Assembly: GCA_947306475.1 (NCBI GenBank)
Contig: CAMZGS010000007.1
Location: 26,598 to 90,597 of the forward strand
Origin: an uncultured Comamonas sp.
Lineage (GTDB): Bacteria > Pseudomonadota > Gammaproteobacteria > Burkholderiales > Burkholderiaceae_C
Length of the DNA stretch: 64,000 nucleotides
Reading direction: 5' to 3'
Shown here: piece by piece, positions 29,028 through 37,676 of the stretch
How positions within the stretch are numbered: the stretch's first letter is position 1
Layout of the letters: every line of letters starts with the position of its first letter
Notes under the pieces: model-generated
Seen by the model: the letters and a program-made list of their open reading frames with translations, nothing else
What the model was told of the DNA's origin: nothing
Database searches by the model: none
Made by a program: the position numbers and the translations under genes

Positions 29028-29479
29028 GCGCCCTCCTCCAGCGGCACTGCCGACCAAACCTTTTGTTGCAGATCCAGCGGCAGCTCCTGCGCCAGGGCGG
29101 TGTGCTCGCGCTCGTGGTGGTGTTCGATGACGTGGCGCAGGGCATGGGCGGCATCCAGCAGATACAGGCTGGCGCGGCGCCGGGCCAGCTCATCCAGCGG
29201 AGGCTGCTCCAGCACGCGCTGCAGGCGCTGGGCGTAGTCGTCGGCCAGGGCGCTGATGCGTTCGTGCTCCAGCAGGTACACCCTGGCCGCCCAGCGCGCG
29301 CCCGCGGGCACATGGGGCAGCAGCTCGTGGTTTTCGATGCGGATATGCTCATCCAGCGCAGCGCGCCACTGCACCAGCCGAGTCCGGGCCTGGGCAAAGT
29401 CGCCGCCCACCACATCCAGCAGGTGCGCCGTGAGCATGCCCTCGATGCGCTCATGCTGGGCTTCAAAGTAGCCACTCAT
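29015..29479 (-). CDS. hemerythrin-like (HHE cation-binding) domain protein, tentative
   Basis: 154 aa. Repeated H/E motifs QHERIE, HIRIENHELLP, LEHERI and HVIEHHHEREH resemble the H...E / HxxxE ligand pattern of hemerythrin-like domains. The ATG lies 8 nt after the OMF stop, with SD AGGAAGG. Confidence 0.55.
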   Translation of the reverse strand: MSGYFEAQHERIEGMLTAHLLDVVGGDFAQARTRLVQWRAALDEHIRIENHELLPHVPAGARWAARVYLLEHERISALADDYAQRLQRVLEQPPLDELARRRASLYLLDAAHALRHVIEHHHEREHTALAQELPLDLQQKVWSAVPLEEGAWTQ

Positions 29480-29486
29480 TCGACTC

Positions 29487-30944
29487 TCATCCTTCCTCGG
29501 GCGCGCGCCGGGCGCCCCCCAGTACCTTCCACAAGGTAATGCGGTTTTGCTGTTCGGCCAGCCGCAGATCGATCAGGCCTTGCTGGGCAGCATACAGGCT
29601 GCGCTGGGCATCGAGCACGACCAGGTAGTCATCGGCCCCGGCCTCAAAACGCGCCTGCGACAGTTGCTGCACCTGGGCGGTGCTGGCCACCACGGCGTTT
29701 TGCGCATCCAGGCGCGCCTGCCACTGGGCGCGGTCGGCCAGCACGTCGGCCACTTCCCTGAAGGCCGTCTGCACGGCCTTTTCGTACTGGGCCACGGCTG
29801 CGCGCTGATTGGCCTGCGCCACCTCGACACCAGCCCGCAAGCGCCCGCCGGAAAAGATCGGCAGCTTCAGCAGCGGCACGAAGCTCCAGGTGCGGTTGGG
29901 GCCGGTAAACAGCCCGTCCAGTTCGGTGCTGCCGCTGCCCACGCTGGCCGTCAGGCTGATGCTGGGAAAGAAGGCCGCGCGCGCTACGCCAATCTGGGCG
30001 TTCTGCGCACGCAGGGCATGCTCGGCAGCCTGCACGTCAGGGCGCTGCAACAGCACACTGGAGGGCAACTGCGCCGGCACGTCCTGCAGCAGCGCCACAT
30101 CCTGCAGCAGCGCTCCCGGCGTGGGCTGCAAGGCCGCTGGCAGGGGCACCCCAAGCAGCAGTTGCAAGGCATTGCGGCTGCGCTCCAGCTGTACGCTGTA
30201 GCGCGCCACATCGCCCTGTGCGCTGTGCAGGCTGCTCTGGCTTTGCGCCCGGGTCAGGCCGGAGGCAGCCCCCAGCTCCCACATGCGCTGCGTCAAATCG
30301 TGCGATTTGGCACGGGCCTGCAGGGTTTGCTGCGCCAGCTGCAGGCGCTCCTGGTCAGCGGCCAGATTCAGCCAGGCATTGGCCACTTCGGCCACCAGGG
30401 TGATCTGGACGTTGCGCCGGTTGGCCTCTTCCTGCAGGAACTGCTGCCAGGCCGCGTCCTTGAGGTTGCGCACACGGCCCCACAGGTCGATTTCGTAACT
30501 GGCCAGGCCAATGTTGGCAGAAACCTGCTCGCTGACGCGGCTGTCTCCGCCCGAGAGGTCGGCCGCGTTGCGGCTGCGCCGCCCTTCAAGCTGGGCGCTC
30601 AGGCTGGGCAGCAAATCGGCGCGGGCAATGCCGTACTGCGCGCGCGCCCGCTCCACATGCTCCAGCGCCACGCGCAAGTCGCGATTGTGGGTCAGCGCCA
30701 GGGCCAGCACCTGGCGCAGGCGCTCGTCCTGCACCCAGTCCAGGGTGGCCACCCAGGCCAGATCCGGCTCGGCGGCCTCAGCTGCAGGTTCCGACGCAGC
30801 GCCGCTGCGCAGCGCGGTGGGCACCATGCCCTCGGGCTGCTCGTAGCTGGGGGCAAAGTTGCAGCCCAGCAAAATCAAGGAAAAAATGGCTGTAACGCCC
30901 GTCCTGCAAGCGCCAGCAGCTATGTTTTTTGCATTTTTATTCAT
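29487..30944 (-). CDS. RND efflux outer-membrane factor lipoprotein (NodT/OprM family)
   Basis: Lipobox SLILLGC and two OEP repeats (LDLWGRVRN, FFPSISLTASVG, TLWKVLGG). The start ATG overlaps the RND stop (ATGA). Confidence 0.92.
   Translation of the reverse strand: MNKNAKNIAAGACRTGVTAIFSLILLGCNFAPSYEQPEGMVPTALRSGAASEPAAEAAEPDLAWVATLDWVQDERLRQVLALALTHNRDLRVALEHVERARAQYGIARADLLPSLSAQLEGRRSRNAADLSGGDSRVSEQVSANIGLASYEIDLWGRVRNLKDAAWQQFLQEEANRRNVQITLVAEVANAWLNLAADQERLQLAQQTLQARAKSHDLTQRMWELGAASGLTRAQSQSSLHSAQGDVARYSVQLERSRNALQLLLGVPLPAALQPTPGALLQDVALLQDVPAQLPSSVLLQRPDVQAAEHALRAQNAQIGVARAAFFPSISLTASVGSGSTELDGLFTGPNRTWSFVPLLKLPIFSGGRLRAGVEVAQANQRAAVAQYEKAVQTAFREVADVLADRAQWQARLDAQNAVVASTAQVQQLSQARFEAGADDYLVVLDAQRSLYAAQQGLIDLRLAEQQNRITLWKVLGGARRAPEEG
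30903..30932. repeat. REP-like half element embedded in the 5' end of the OMF coding sequence
   Basis: CCTGCAAGCGCCAGCAGCTATGTTTTTTGC matches the intergenic repeat core. On the coding strand it encodes AKNIAAGACR of the signal-peptide n-region. Confidence 0.5.
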
Positions 30945-33900
30945 ACTGCACCACCTACGCTGCTGCCGGTGTGCGGCTGGCCGGGGCCGGCGGCATCATC
31001 GCGCCGCTGCCGCCCCTGAAACCAGGTACGCACCAGCAGGAAGAACACCGGCACCATGAACAGGCCCAGCACCGTGGAAGCGAGCATGCCACCCAGTACC
31101 GCTGTGCCGATGGCGTTGCGCCCCCCGGCACCTGCGCCCGTACCCAGTGCCAGCGGCAGCACGCCGAAGCCAAAGGCCAGCGAGGTCATCAGAATCGGCC
31201 GCAGGCGCAGGCGTACTGCCTCCACCGTGGCGTCCAGCAGCTTGCGGCCCTGCTCCTGCAGCTGCACGGCAAATTCCACGATCAGGATGGCGTTCTTGGA
31301 CGCCAGCCCCATGGTGGTCAGCAGCCCCACCTGGAAGTACACGTCATTGGTCAGACCGCGCATGTAGGTGGCCAGCAGCGCCCCCAGAATGCCCAGCGGC
31401 ACCGCCAGCATCACCGACAGCGGCACCGTCCAGCTTTCATACAGCGCTGCCAGGCACAGGAAGACGAACAGGATGGAGATGGCATACAGCACCGGCGCCT
31501 GAGCGCCCGATTGGCGTTCCTGCAGCGAAGCGCCGGTCCACTCATAGCCGATGCCCGCCGGCAGGGTGCGCAGAATGTCCTCCACGATCTGCATGGCCAC
31601 GCCTGAACTCACACCCGGTGCTGCGCTGCCCACGATTTCATAGGCCGCCGCGCCGCTATAGCGCATCAGCTGGGGTGAGCCATAGGCCCAGTAGCTGCTG
31701 GAGAAGACGCCAAACGGCACCATCTCGCCGTTTTTGTTGCGCACGCTCCAGTCGTTGATGTCCTGCGGCAGCATGCGGTGCGGGGCATCGCCCTGGATAT
31801 AGACGCGCTTGACGCGGCCGTTGTGCAGGAAGTCGTTCACATAGGTGCCGCCCATGGCACTGGAGAGCGTGCTGTTGATGTCGTTGTAGGCCAGGCCCAG
31901 GGCAGCGGCCTTGCGGTCATCGATCTGCAGGCGCAGCTCGGTGGCATCGTCCAGATTGGTGCTGCGCACGCTGGTCAGCTCCGGGTACTGGCGCGCCTTG
32001 GCCAGGAATTCGTCCTTGGCTGCCAGCAGCGCCTCGTGACCCAGCCCCCCAACGTCCTTGAGCATGACGTTAAAGCCCGCGCTCGAACCCAGGCCGCGCA
32101 CGGCCGGGGGCATGCTGACGAAGATGCGCGCGTCGCGGATATGGCCCAGTTCCTGGTTGGCGCGGTGTGTCACCTGCGCCGCGCCCTGACTGGGCAGGGG
32201 CCGCTGCTCCCAGGGCTTGAGGCGCACAAAGGCGCGCGCCGAGCTCTGGTCACCACTCAGGCCCGAGACCTGGTTGAAGCTGACCACCTCGTCCTGCTGC
32301 ATGAAGTAACGCCGCACTTCGTCAAGCACCAGCTGCAGGCGCGCATCCGAGGCACCTGCGGGCAGGTTGATGTTGACGGTGACAAAGCCCTGGTCCTCAT
32401 CGGGCAGGAAGGACGTGGGCAGGCGCTCCAGCAGCACCCACATGGCAGCCAGCACGGCCACAAAAATCAGCAGCATGCGCTTGGCGCGCTGCAGCATCCA
32501 GGCCACACGGTTCTGGTAGCGCAGCGCCGTGCTGTCAAAGCTGCGGTTGAACCAGGCAAAAAAGCGGTCGCCAATGCCCAGCACGCCCCGACGGATCCGC
32601 CGCTCCTGCCCGGCATGCGCAGGCACTTTCAGGATCGTGGCGCACAGTGCGGGCGTCAGCGTCAGCGCCACAAACACCGACAGCGCCATGGCCGCAACGA
32701 TGGTGATGGAAAACTGGCGGTAAATGACGCCCGTCGAGCCGCCAAAAAAGGCCATAGGCACAAACACCGCCGACAGCGTCACGCCAATGCCCACCAGCGC
32801 CGAGGTGATCTCGCGCATGGACTGCTTGGTCGCTTCTTTGGCCGACAGGCCCGTCTCGTGCATTACGCGCTCGACGTTTTCCACCACCACAATCGCATCG
32901 TCCACCAGCAAGCCAATGGCCAGCACCATGGCGAACATGGTCAGGGTGTTGATCGAAAAGCCCGCAGCGGCCAGCACCCCCAGCGTGCCCAGCAGCACCA
33001 CCGGCACGGTGATGGCCGGAATCAAGGTGGCGCGAAAGTTCTGCAAGAAGAGGAACATCACCAGCACCACCAGCACCACCGCTTCGCCCAGGGCTTTGAG
33101 CACCTCACGGATCGAGGCGCGCACAAACGGCGTGGAATCCGAGCTGACAAAGTAGTCGATCTCGTTGGGGAAAAAGGGCTTGAGTTCGTTGAGCTTGGCC
33201 ACCACCGCATCGGCCACCTGCATGGCATTGGCGCCGTCGGCCAGCACCACCCCCATACCCGCACCCACCATGCCGTTGAGCTTGGATTTGACAGTGAGGT
33301 TGTCCGGCCCCAGTTCGACGCGCGCCACGTCCTTCATCGTGACCACGGCACCGTCAGGCGCGGCCTTGAGCACGATGGCTTCAAACTCCTCCACGGTCTT
33401 GAGCTTGGTGCGCGCAGTGATGGTGGCGTTGAGCTGCTGGTTCTCCACGGCCGGCAGCGCACCCAGTTGCCCTGCCGAGACCTGGGCGTTCTGGGCGTTG
33501 AGCGCGGCAATCAGGTCCGAGGGAATCAGCCCGTACTTCTGCATCAGCGCCGGGTCCATCCAGATGCGCATGGCATAGCTGGTGCCAAAGACGTTGACGT
33601 CGCCCACGCCGTCGATACGGCCAATCTCATCGACCACATAGGTCTGCAGGTAGTCGCCAATGTCCACCTGGGTCATGGCAGGGTCGGTGGAATAGAAGCT
33701 GTAGGTGGCCAGAAAGTCCTGCCCGCCCTTGTTGACGAACACACCCCGGCTCTTGACCGCATCGGGCAGGCGGTTCATGGCCGCCTGCAGTTTGTTCTGC
33801 ACCTGCACCTGGGCCACGTCGATGTTGGTGCCGGGCGCAAAGGTCAGCGTAGTGCGCGCGCGGCCCGAGGCGTCCGACGTGGAACTCATGTAGAGCATGT

Positions 33901-34120
33901 TGTCGATGCCCTTGAGCTGCTGCTCGATGATCTGCGTGACCGAGTTTTCCACCGTCTCGGCCGAGGCGCCGGTGTACTGGGCACTGATGGTCACGCGCGG
34001 CGGGGCAATATCCGGGTACTGCTCCAGCGGCAGGGCGAAGATGGACAACGCCCCCGCCAGCATGATGACGATGGCAATCACCCACGCAAAGATGGGGCGG
34101 TTGATGAAAAACTGCGCCAT
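30941..34120 (-). CDS. RND multidrug efflux permease (AcrB/MexB, HAE1 family)
   Basis: 1059 aa. MAQFFINRPIFAWVIAIVIMLAGALSI..LP..QYPDIAPP is the hallmark AcrB N-terminus. 12-TM architecture. Confidence 0.95.
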   Translation of the reverse strand: MAQFFINRPIFAWVIAIVIMLAGALSIFALPLEQYPDIAPPRVTISAQYTGASAETVENSVTQIIEQQLKGIDNMLYMSSTSDASGRARTTLTFAPGTNIDVAQVQVQNKLQAAMNRLPDAVKSRGVFVNKGGQDFLATYSFYSTDPAMTQVDIGDYLQTYVVDEIGRIDGVGDVNVFGTSYAMRIWMDPALMQKYGLIPSDLIAALNAQNAQVSAGQLGALPAVENQQLNATITARTKLKTVEEFEAIVLKAAPDGAVVTMKDVARVELGPDNLTVKSKLNGMVGAGMGVVLADGANAMQVADAVVAKLNELKPFFPNEIDYFVSSDSTPFVRASIREVLKALGEAVVLVVLVMFLFLQNFRATLIPAITVPVVLLGTLGVLAAAGFSINTLTMFAMVLAIGLLVDDAIVVVENVERVMHETGLSAKEATKQSMREITSALVGIGVTLSAVFVPMAFFGGSTGVIYRQFSITIVAAMALSVFVALTLTPALCATILKVPAHAGQERRIRRGVLGIGDRFFAWFNRSFDSTALRYQNRVAWMLQRAKRMLLIFVAVLAAMWVLLERLPTSFLPDEDQGFVTVNINLPAGASDARLQLVLDEVRRYFMQQDEVVSFNQVSGLSGDQSSARAFVRLKPWEQRPLPSQGAAQVTHRANQELGHIRDARIFVSMPPAVRGLGSSAGFNVMLKDVGGLGHEALLAAKDEFLAKARQYPELTSVRSTNLDDATELRLQIDDRKAAALGLAYNDINSTLSSAMGGTYVNDFLHNGRVKRVYIQGDAPHRMLPQDINDWSVRNKNGEMVPFGVFSSSYWAYGSPQLMRYSGAAAYEIVGSAAPGVSSGVAMQIVEDILRTLPAGIGYEWTGASLQERQSGAQAPVLYAISILFVFLCLAALYESWTVPLSVMLAVPLGILGALLATYMRGLTNDVYFQVGLLTTMGLASKNAILIVEFAVQLQEQGRKLLDATVEAVRLRLRPILMTSLAFGFGVLPLALGTGAGAGGRNAIGTAVLGGMLASTVLGLFMVPVFFLLVRTWFQGRQRRDDAAGPGQPHTGSSVGGAV

Positions 34121-34123
34121 GGC

Positions 34124-35467
34124 CTAGTCCTTTGCGCCCTGTGCGCCCTTGGCGTCGGTGGCCGCGCCGTTGAGCGAAGCGCGCAGTGCCGCTGCGGCAG
34201 CCTGTGGATCGACCTTTTCCACGCTGCGCGGCTGGCTCAGGTCCAGCACCACGGGCTGCACCTTGTCGCCGGGCTTGATGCGCTGAAAGCCCTCCACCAC
34301 CACCCGCTCGCCGGCCTGCAGGCCACCTTGCAGCAGCCAGTAGCTGCCCACGGCCTGAGCCAGCTCCACCGCCCGCTTGACGACCACCTGGGCGTCCCCC
34401 TCCTCCTGCACCACCAGCACGCTGGCGCGGCCCGTCAGGTCGCGGCTCACCGCCTGTTGCGGCAGCAGCAGGGCATCGGGCGCCAGGCCCGTGGGCAGAT
34501 GGGCCTGCACGAACATGCCGGGCAGCAGCTGGCCATCGGGGTTGGGCACCACCGCGCGCAGGGTCACCGTGCCCATGCTGGGGTTGGCAATCAGACCGCT
34601 GAACTGCAAGGTGCCGGCGTGGGGATAGCGGCTGCCGTCCTCCAGATCGATGGCAATCTGCATGGCATCCTCGCTGACCCGCTGGTAGCGCCCGGCCTGC
34701 CAGTCGCGCTGCAGTTGCAGCAGCTGGGCGGTCGATTGGGTGAAGTCCACGTACATCGGGTCGGTCTGCACCACCTCCGTGAGCGCGGCGGCCTGGTTGG
34801 CGGTGACCAGCGCGCCCGGCGTCACATTGGACAGGCTCACCCGCCCGGCAATGGGCGACTCGATGCGTGCGTAGCGCAACTGCGTGCGCGCCGTCTGCAA
34901 CTGCGCCTGTGCAGCGGCCACTTCCGCCTGGGCCACGGCAGCGGCGGCCTGGTTGTCTTCGTGCTGCTGGGTGCTGATGGCGTCGATCGCCACCAGCTCG
35001 GCCGAGCGTTTGGCCTGCAGCTGCAACCGCTGGGCCGTGGCCTGGGCCTTGGCCAGGGCAGCCTCGGCACTGGCGACGGCGGCCTGCAGCAAGGTGGCAT
35101 CCAGCTGGTACAGCGCCTGCCCGGCCTTGACATGGGCACCCGCCTGGAAGAGCTGCTTTTGCACGATGCCGCTCACCTGGGGGCGGATCTCGGCCATCTG
35201 CATCGCCTGCACACGCCCGGGCAGCACTTCCTGCATGCTCTGGCTCTGCGGCTGCAGCACCACCACCCCCACCTGGGGGGCGGCATTGGCGCCAGTGGCC
35301 GCAGCCCCGGCCTTGGGATCCTTGCTGCACGCGCTCAGCGCACCCACCAGGACCAGCAGCACGGCCCATCCGAGCAGCGGCCGTGCAGGCAGACGTCTTT
35401 TCCGAAAGAAGCGGGACAAAGGCTCGAAAGACTGGGCAGCAGACGGTGCAAACAGAGAGGGCATCAT
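34124..35467 (-). CDS. RND efflux periplasmic adaptor (MexA/AcrA family) lipoprotein
   Basis: Lipobox LVGALSAC, then coiled-coil hairpin and beta-barrel regions (RIESPIAGRV, LPGMFV, VVVEGFQRIKPGDKV). Start set at ATG 35467. The upstream part of the track ORF has no signal peptide logic. Confidence 0.88.
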   Translation of the reverse strand: MMPSLFAPSAAQSFEPLSRFFRKRRLPARPLLGWAVLLVLVGALSACSKDPKAGAAATGANAAPQVGVVVLQPQSQSMQEVLPGRVQAMQMAEIRPQVSGIVQKQLFQAGAHVKAGQALYQLDATLLQAAVASAEAALAKAQATAQRLQLQAKRSAELVAIDAISTQQHEDNQAAAAVAQAEVAAAQAQLQTARTQLRYARIESPIAGRVSLSNVTPGALVTANQAAALTEVVQTDPMYVDFTQSTAQLLQLQRDWQAGRYQRVSEDAMQIAIDLEDGSRYPHAGTLQFSGLIANPSMGTVTLRAVVPNPDGQLLPGMFVQAHLPTGLAPDALLLPQQAVSRDLTGRASVLVVQEEGDAQVVVKRAVELAQAVGSYWLLQGGLQAGERVVVEGFQRIKPGDKVQPVVLDLSQPRSVEKVDPQAAAAALRASLNGAATDAKGAQGAKD

Positions 35468-35701
35468 GAACAAGGCAGATCGAATACGGACAGCACGCGC
35501 ACACGCAGCACATGCACGCCCGGGCGCCAGAAGCTGCGTGCATTGCAGCAGGGCAGCCTGACACCGGGCCAGCGCGCATTGTGAAGGCTGCACATGTCCT
35601 GTTTGTAAAGTTGCCCCCCACTGGGGCCCATTGATCGCCCCAAAGCATGCATCACCGGGCACGCGCCGGCCCTGACGCATGGGGCAGCGCAGCAAAAACG
35701 G

Positions 35702-35731
35702 TTGCCCAGCACGGCAAAATCACTGTATATT
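35702..35731 (+). promoter_or_regulatory. sigma70-like promoter TTGCCC-N18-TATATT for the 126-aa gene
   Basis: Hexamers lie at 35702-35707 and 35726-35731. The -10 is overlapped by LexA box 1. Confidence 0.5.
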
Positions 35732-35738
35732 TTCACAG
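35723..35738 (+). promoter_or_regulatory. LexA (SOS) box 1: CTGTATATTTTCACAG
   Basis: Exact CTGT-N8-ACAG with an AT-rich spacer. The extended palindrome is ACTGT...ACAGT (35722-35739). It overlaps the putative -10. Confidence 0.8.
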
Positions 35739-35741
35739 TTA

Positions 35742-35757
35742 CTGTTTAAAACAACAG
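35742..35757 (+). promoter_or_regulatory. LexA (SOS) box 2: CTGTTTAAAACAACAG
   Basis: A second exact CTGT-N8-ACAG, 19 bp centre-to-centre from box 1. It overlaps the AGGTG SD, 7 nt before ATG 35765. Confidence 0.7.
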
Positions 35758-35764
35758 GTGATTC

Positions 35765-36145
35765 ATGCTCATCGACACTGCGATTTCGACCACAGCCGAC
35801 AACACCCCTTGGTCCTCATTCGAGGCCACCGATGCCCCCCTGTACGCCGTCTATCTGCACGACTACCCGGATCTGCCGGATGCCGAGCGCCAGCGCGCCC
35901 AGCAGCGCTACGCCCGCACGCTGGAGCGCAAGCTGGGCAGCGCCCAGGCGGTGTACGACACGCTGGATCTGCTGCAACGACTGGAAGAAACCGATCCGCA
36001 GGACATTCCTGCCGAGAGCATCACCCAGCTGCAAGCCACCTACCGCCGTTGGCAACAGGCCACACGCGCCGCTACCGAAGCGGGCCTGCAAGGCCTGGCA
36101 CCGTCGGAGACCTGCTTTTTCGAGGTGCAACTGAACAACTACTGA
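35765..36145 (+). CDS. acidic 126-aa hypothetical protein, putative SOS-regulon member
   Basis: ATG with an AGGTG SD and GC3-rich codon usage. No TM or signal peptide and no motif I can assign. Preceded by two LexA boxes. Monocistronic, followed by a REP half-copy and a terminator. Confidence 0.75.
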   Translation: MLIDTAISTTADNTPWSSFEATDAPLYAVYLHDYPDLPDAERQRAQQRYARTLERKLGSAQAVYDTLDLLQRLEETDPQDIPAESITQLQATYRRWQQATRAATEAGLQGLAPSETCFFEVQLNNY

Positions 36146-36147
36146 AA

Positions 36148-36169
36148 CCATAGCTACTGGCGCTTGATC
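36148..36169. repeat. REP-like element, half copy (CATAGCTACTGGCGCTTGATCC)
   Basis: Matches the ATAGCT-N-GCGCTTG arm of the repeat family, directly after the stop of the 126-aa gene. Confidence 0.45.
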
Positions 36170-36193
36170 CACAACAAAATCAGGCCCATAGAA

Positions 36194-36216
36194 GCAAAAA
36201 ACGCCCGCTAGGCGGG
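36194..36216 (-). terminator. intrinsic terminator of scoAB
   Basis: CGCCCGC-tag-GCGGGCG stem. On the minus strand it is followed by TTTTTT (plus-strand AAAAAA at 36194-36199). It lies 42 nt after the scoB stop. Confidence 0.7.
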
Positions 36217-36257
36217 CGCAGAAAGCTCTTTTAAAAAGAGCAGTTGGCACAAGGCAA

Positions 36258-36896
36258 TCAGCGAATCAGCGGCACGCCGGTCTTCGACTGAATTTCTTCA
36301 AAGGTCACATCCGGGGCCAGCTCCACGAGCTTGAGGCCCTCGGGGGTCACATCCATGACGCCCAGGTCGGTGATGATGCGATCGACCACGCCCTTGCCGG
36401 TCAGCGGCAGGGTGCATTCGGGCAGGATCTTCAGGTCGGTGGTGCCGTCCTTCTTGCGCGCCACATGCTCCATGAGGACGATCACGCGCTTGACGCCAGC
36501 CACCAGGTCCATGGCACCGCCCATGCCCTTGACCATCTTGCCCGGAATCATCCAGTTGGCCAGATCGCCCTTGTCGGTCACCTGCATGGCGCCCAGGATG
36601 GACAGATTGATCTTGCCGCCACGGATCATGGCAAACGACTGGTCGGAGCTGAAGATCGACGAGCCGGCAATGGTGGTCACCGTCTGCTTGCCGGCGTTGA
36701 TCAGGTCGGCATCCACCTCCTCTTCCGTGGGGAAGGGGCCGATGCCCAGCATGCCGTTTTCCGATTGCAGCCACACTTCCTTGTCGCCCGTGTGGTTGGC
36801 CACCAGCGTGGGGATGCCGATACCCAGGTTGACGTAGAAGCCGTCCTCCAGCTCCTGGGCCGCGCGCGCGGCCATCTGGTCTTGCGTCCAGGCCAT
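36258..36896 (-). CDS. scoB: succinyl-CoA:3-ketoacid CoA-transferase subunit B
   Basis: 212 aa. [10 protein letters not shown] and the ...[10 protein letters not shown] catalytic Glu region are the canonical beta-subunit signature. Confidence 0.93.
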   Translation of the reverse strand: MAWTQDQMAARAAQELEDGFYVNLGIGIPTLVANHTGDKEVWLQSENGMLGIGPFPTEEEVDADLINAGKQTVTTIAGSSIFSSDQSFAMIRGGKINLSILGAMQVTDKGDLANWMIPGKMVKGMGGAMDLVAGVKRVIVLMEHVARKKDGTTDLKILPECTLPLTGKGVVDRIITDLGVMDVTPEGLKLVELAPDVTFEEIQSKTGVPLIR

Positions 36897-36898
36897 GA

Positions 36899-37606
36899 TC
36901 AGTCTCCTTTTTTCTCGCGCAGGGTGCGCTTTTCAATGCGTTTTTCCGGCGTGGGGTTGTGCACGATGCGGTGCACGTAGATGCCCGGCAGGTGCACATC
37001 GTCCGGTGCAATCTCGCCCAGCTCCACGATTTCCTCGACTTCCACGATGCAGATCTTGCCGGCCGTCGCGGCTGCGGGGTTGAAGTTGCGCGCCGTCAGG
37101 CGAAATTGCAGGTTGCCGCTGGTGTCTGCGCGGTACGCCTTGACGAGCGACACATCGGCAACGATGGAGCGCTCCATCACATAGGTCTCACCGTCGAACT
37201 CGCGCAGCTCCTTGCCCTCGGCCACGACGGTACCCACACCGGTCTTGGTGAAGAATGCCGGAATGCCGGCGCCACCGGCGCGCAGCTTCTCAGCCAGCGT
37301 GCCCTGGGGGGTGAATTCCAGCTCCAGCTCGCCGGCCAGGTACTGGCGTTCGAACTCCTTGTTCTCACCCACGTAGGACGAAATCATCTTCTTGATCTGA
37401 CGCGTCTCCAGCAGCTTGCCCAGGCCAAAGCCGTCCACGCCGGCGTTGTTGGACACCACGGTCAGGTCCTTCACACCGCTGTCGCGCAGGGCGTCGATCA
37501 GGGCTTCGGGAATGCCGCACAGGCCAAAGCCACCCACGGCAATCAGCTGCCCGTCAGCGACCACGCCCTTCAGTGCCTCATGGGCAGAGGGATAGAGTTT
37601 TTTCAC
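36899..37606 (-). CDS. scoA: succinyl-CoA:3-ketoacid CoA-transferase subunit A
   Basis: (V)[33 protein letters not shown] is a typical alpha-subunit N-terminus. GTG 37606 is preceded by AAGGAGG with a 4-nt spacer. The in-frame ATG 37636 would add 10 non-conserved residues that contain the SD. Confidence 0.9.
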   Translation of the reverse strand: MKKLYPSAHEALKGVVADGQLIAVGGFGLCGIPEALIDALRDSGVKDLTVVSNNAGVDGFGLGKLLETRQIKKMISSYVGENKEFERQYLAGELELEFTPQGTLAEKLRAGGAGIPAFFTKTGVGTVVAEGKELREFDGETYVMERSIVADVSLVKAYRADTSGNLQFRLTARNFNPAAATAGKICIVEVEEIVELGEIAPDDVHLPGIYVHRIVHNPTPEKRIEKRTLREKKGD

Positions 37607-37639
37607 ATTGCCTCCTTTATCGAACGGATGCCGCATAAG

Positions 37640-37676
37640 ATACTACGTAATAAGTTACGTAGTGGTTACGTAGTAT
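37640..37676. promoter_or_regulatory. candidate operator: three TACGTA cores one helical turn apart within a larger dyad
   Basis: The sequence is ATACTACGTAataagtTACGTAgtggtTACGTAGTAT, with cores at 37644-37649, 37656-37661 and 37667-37672. The outer arms ATACTACGTA and TACGTAGTAT are perfect inverted repeats. It is AT-rich and lies in the 99-bp scoA / PAS-LuxR divergent region. Confidence 0.55.

Noticed and set aside
31778-35584. 1268-aa plus-strand ORF spanning the whole RND/MFP region.
   Set aside because: It is exactly antisense to well-supported AcrB-like and adaptor genes. The translation is low-complexity G/A/R/H/Q-rich with no motifs. This is a typical stop-codon-poor antisense frame in GC-rich DNA.
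37607-37636. Upstream in-frame ATG start (37636) for scoA.
   Set aside because: The 10 extra codons contain the AAGGAGG SD itself. GTG 37606 gives an N-terminus ([12 protein letters not shown]...) that aligns with known ScoA N-termini.
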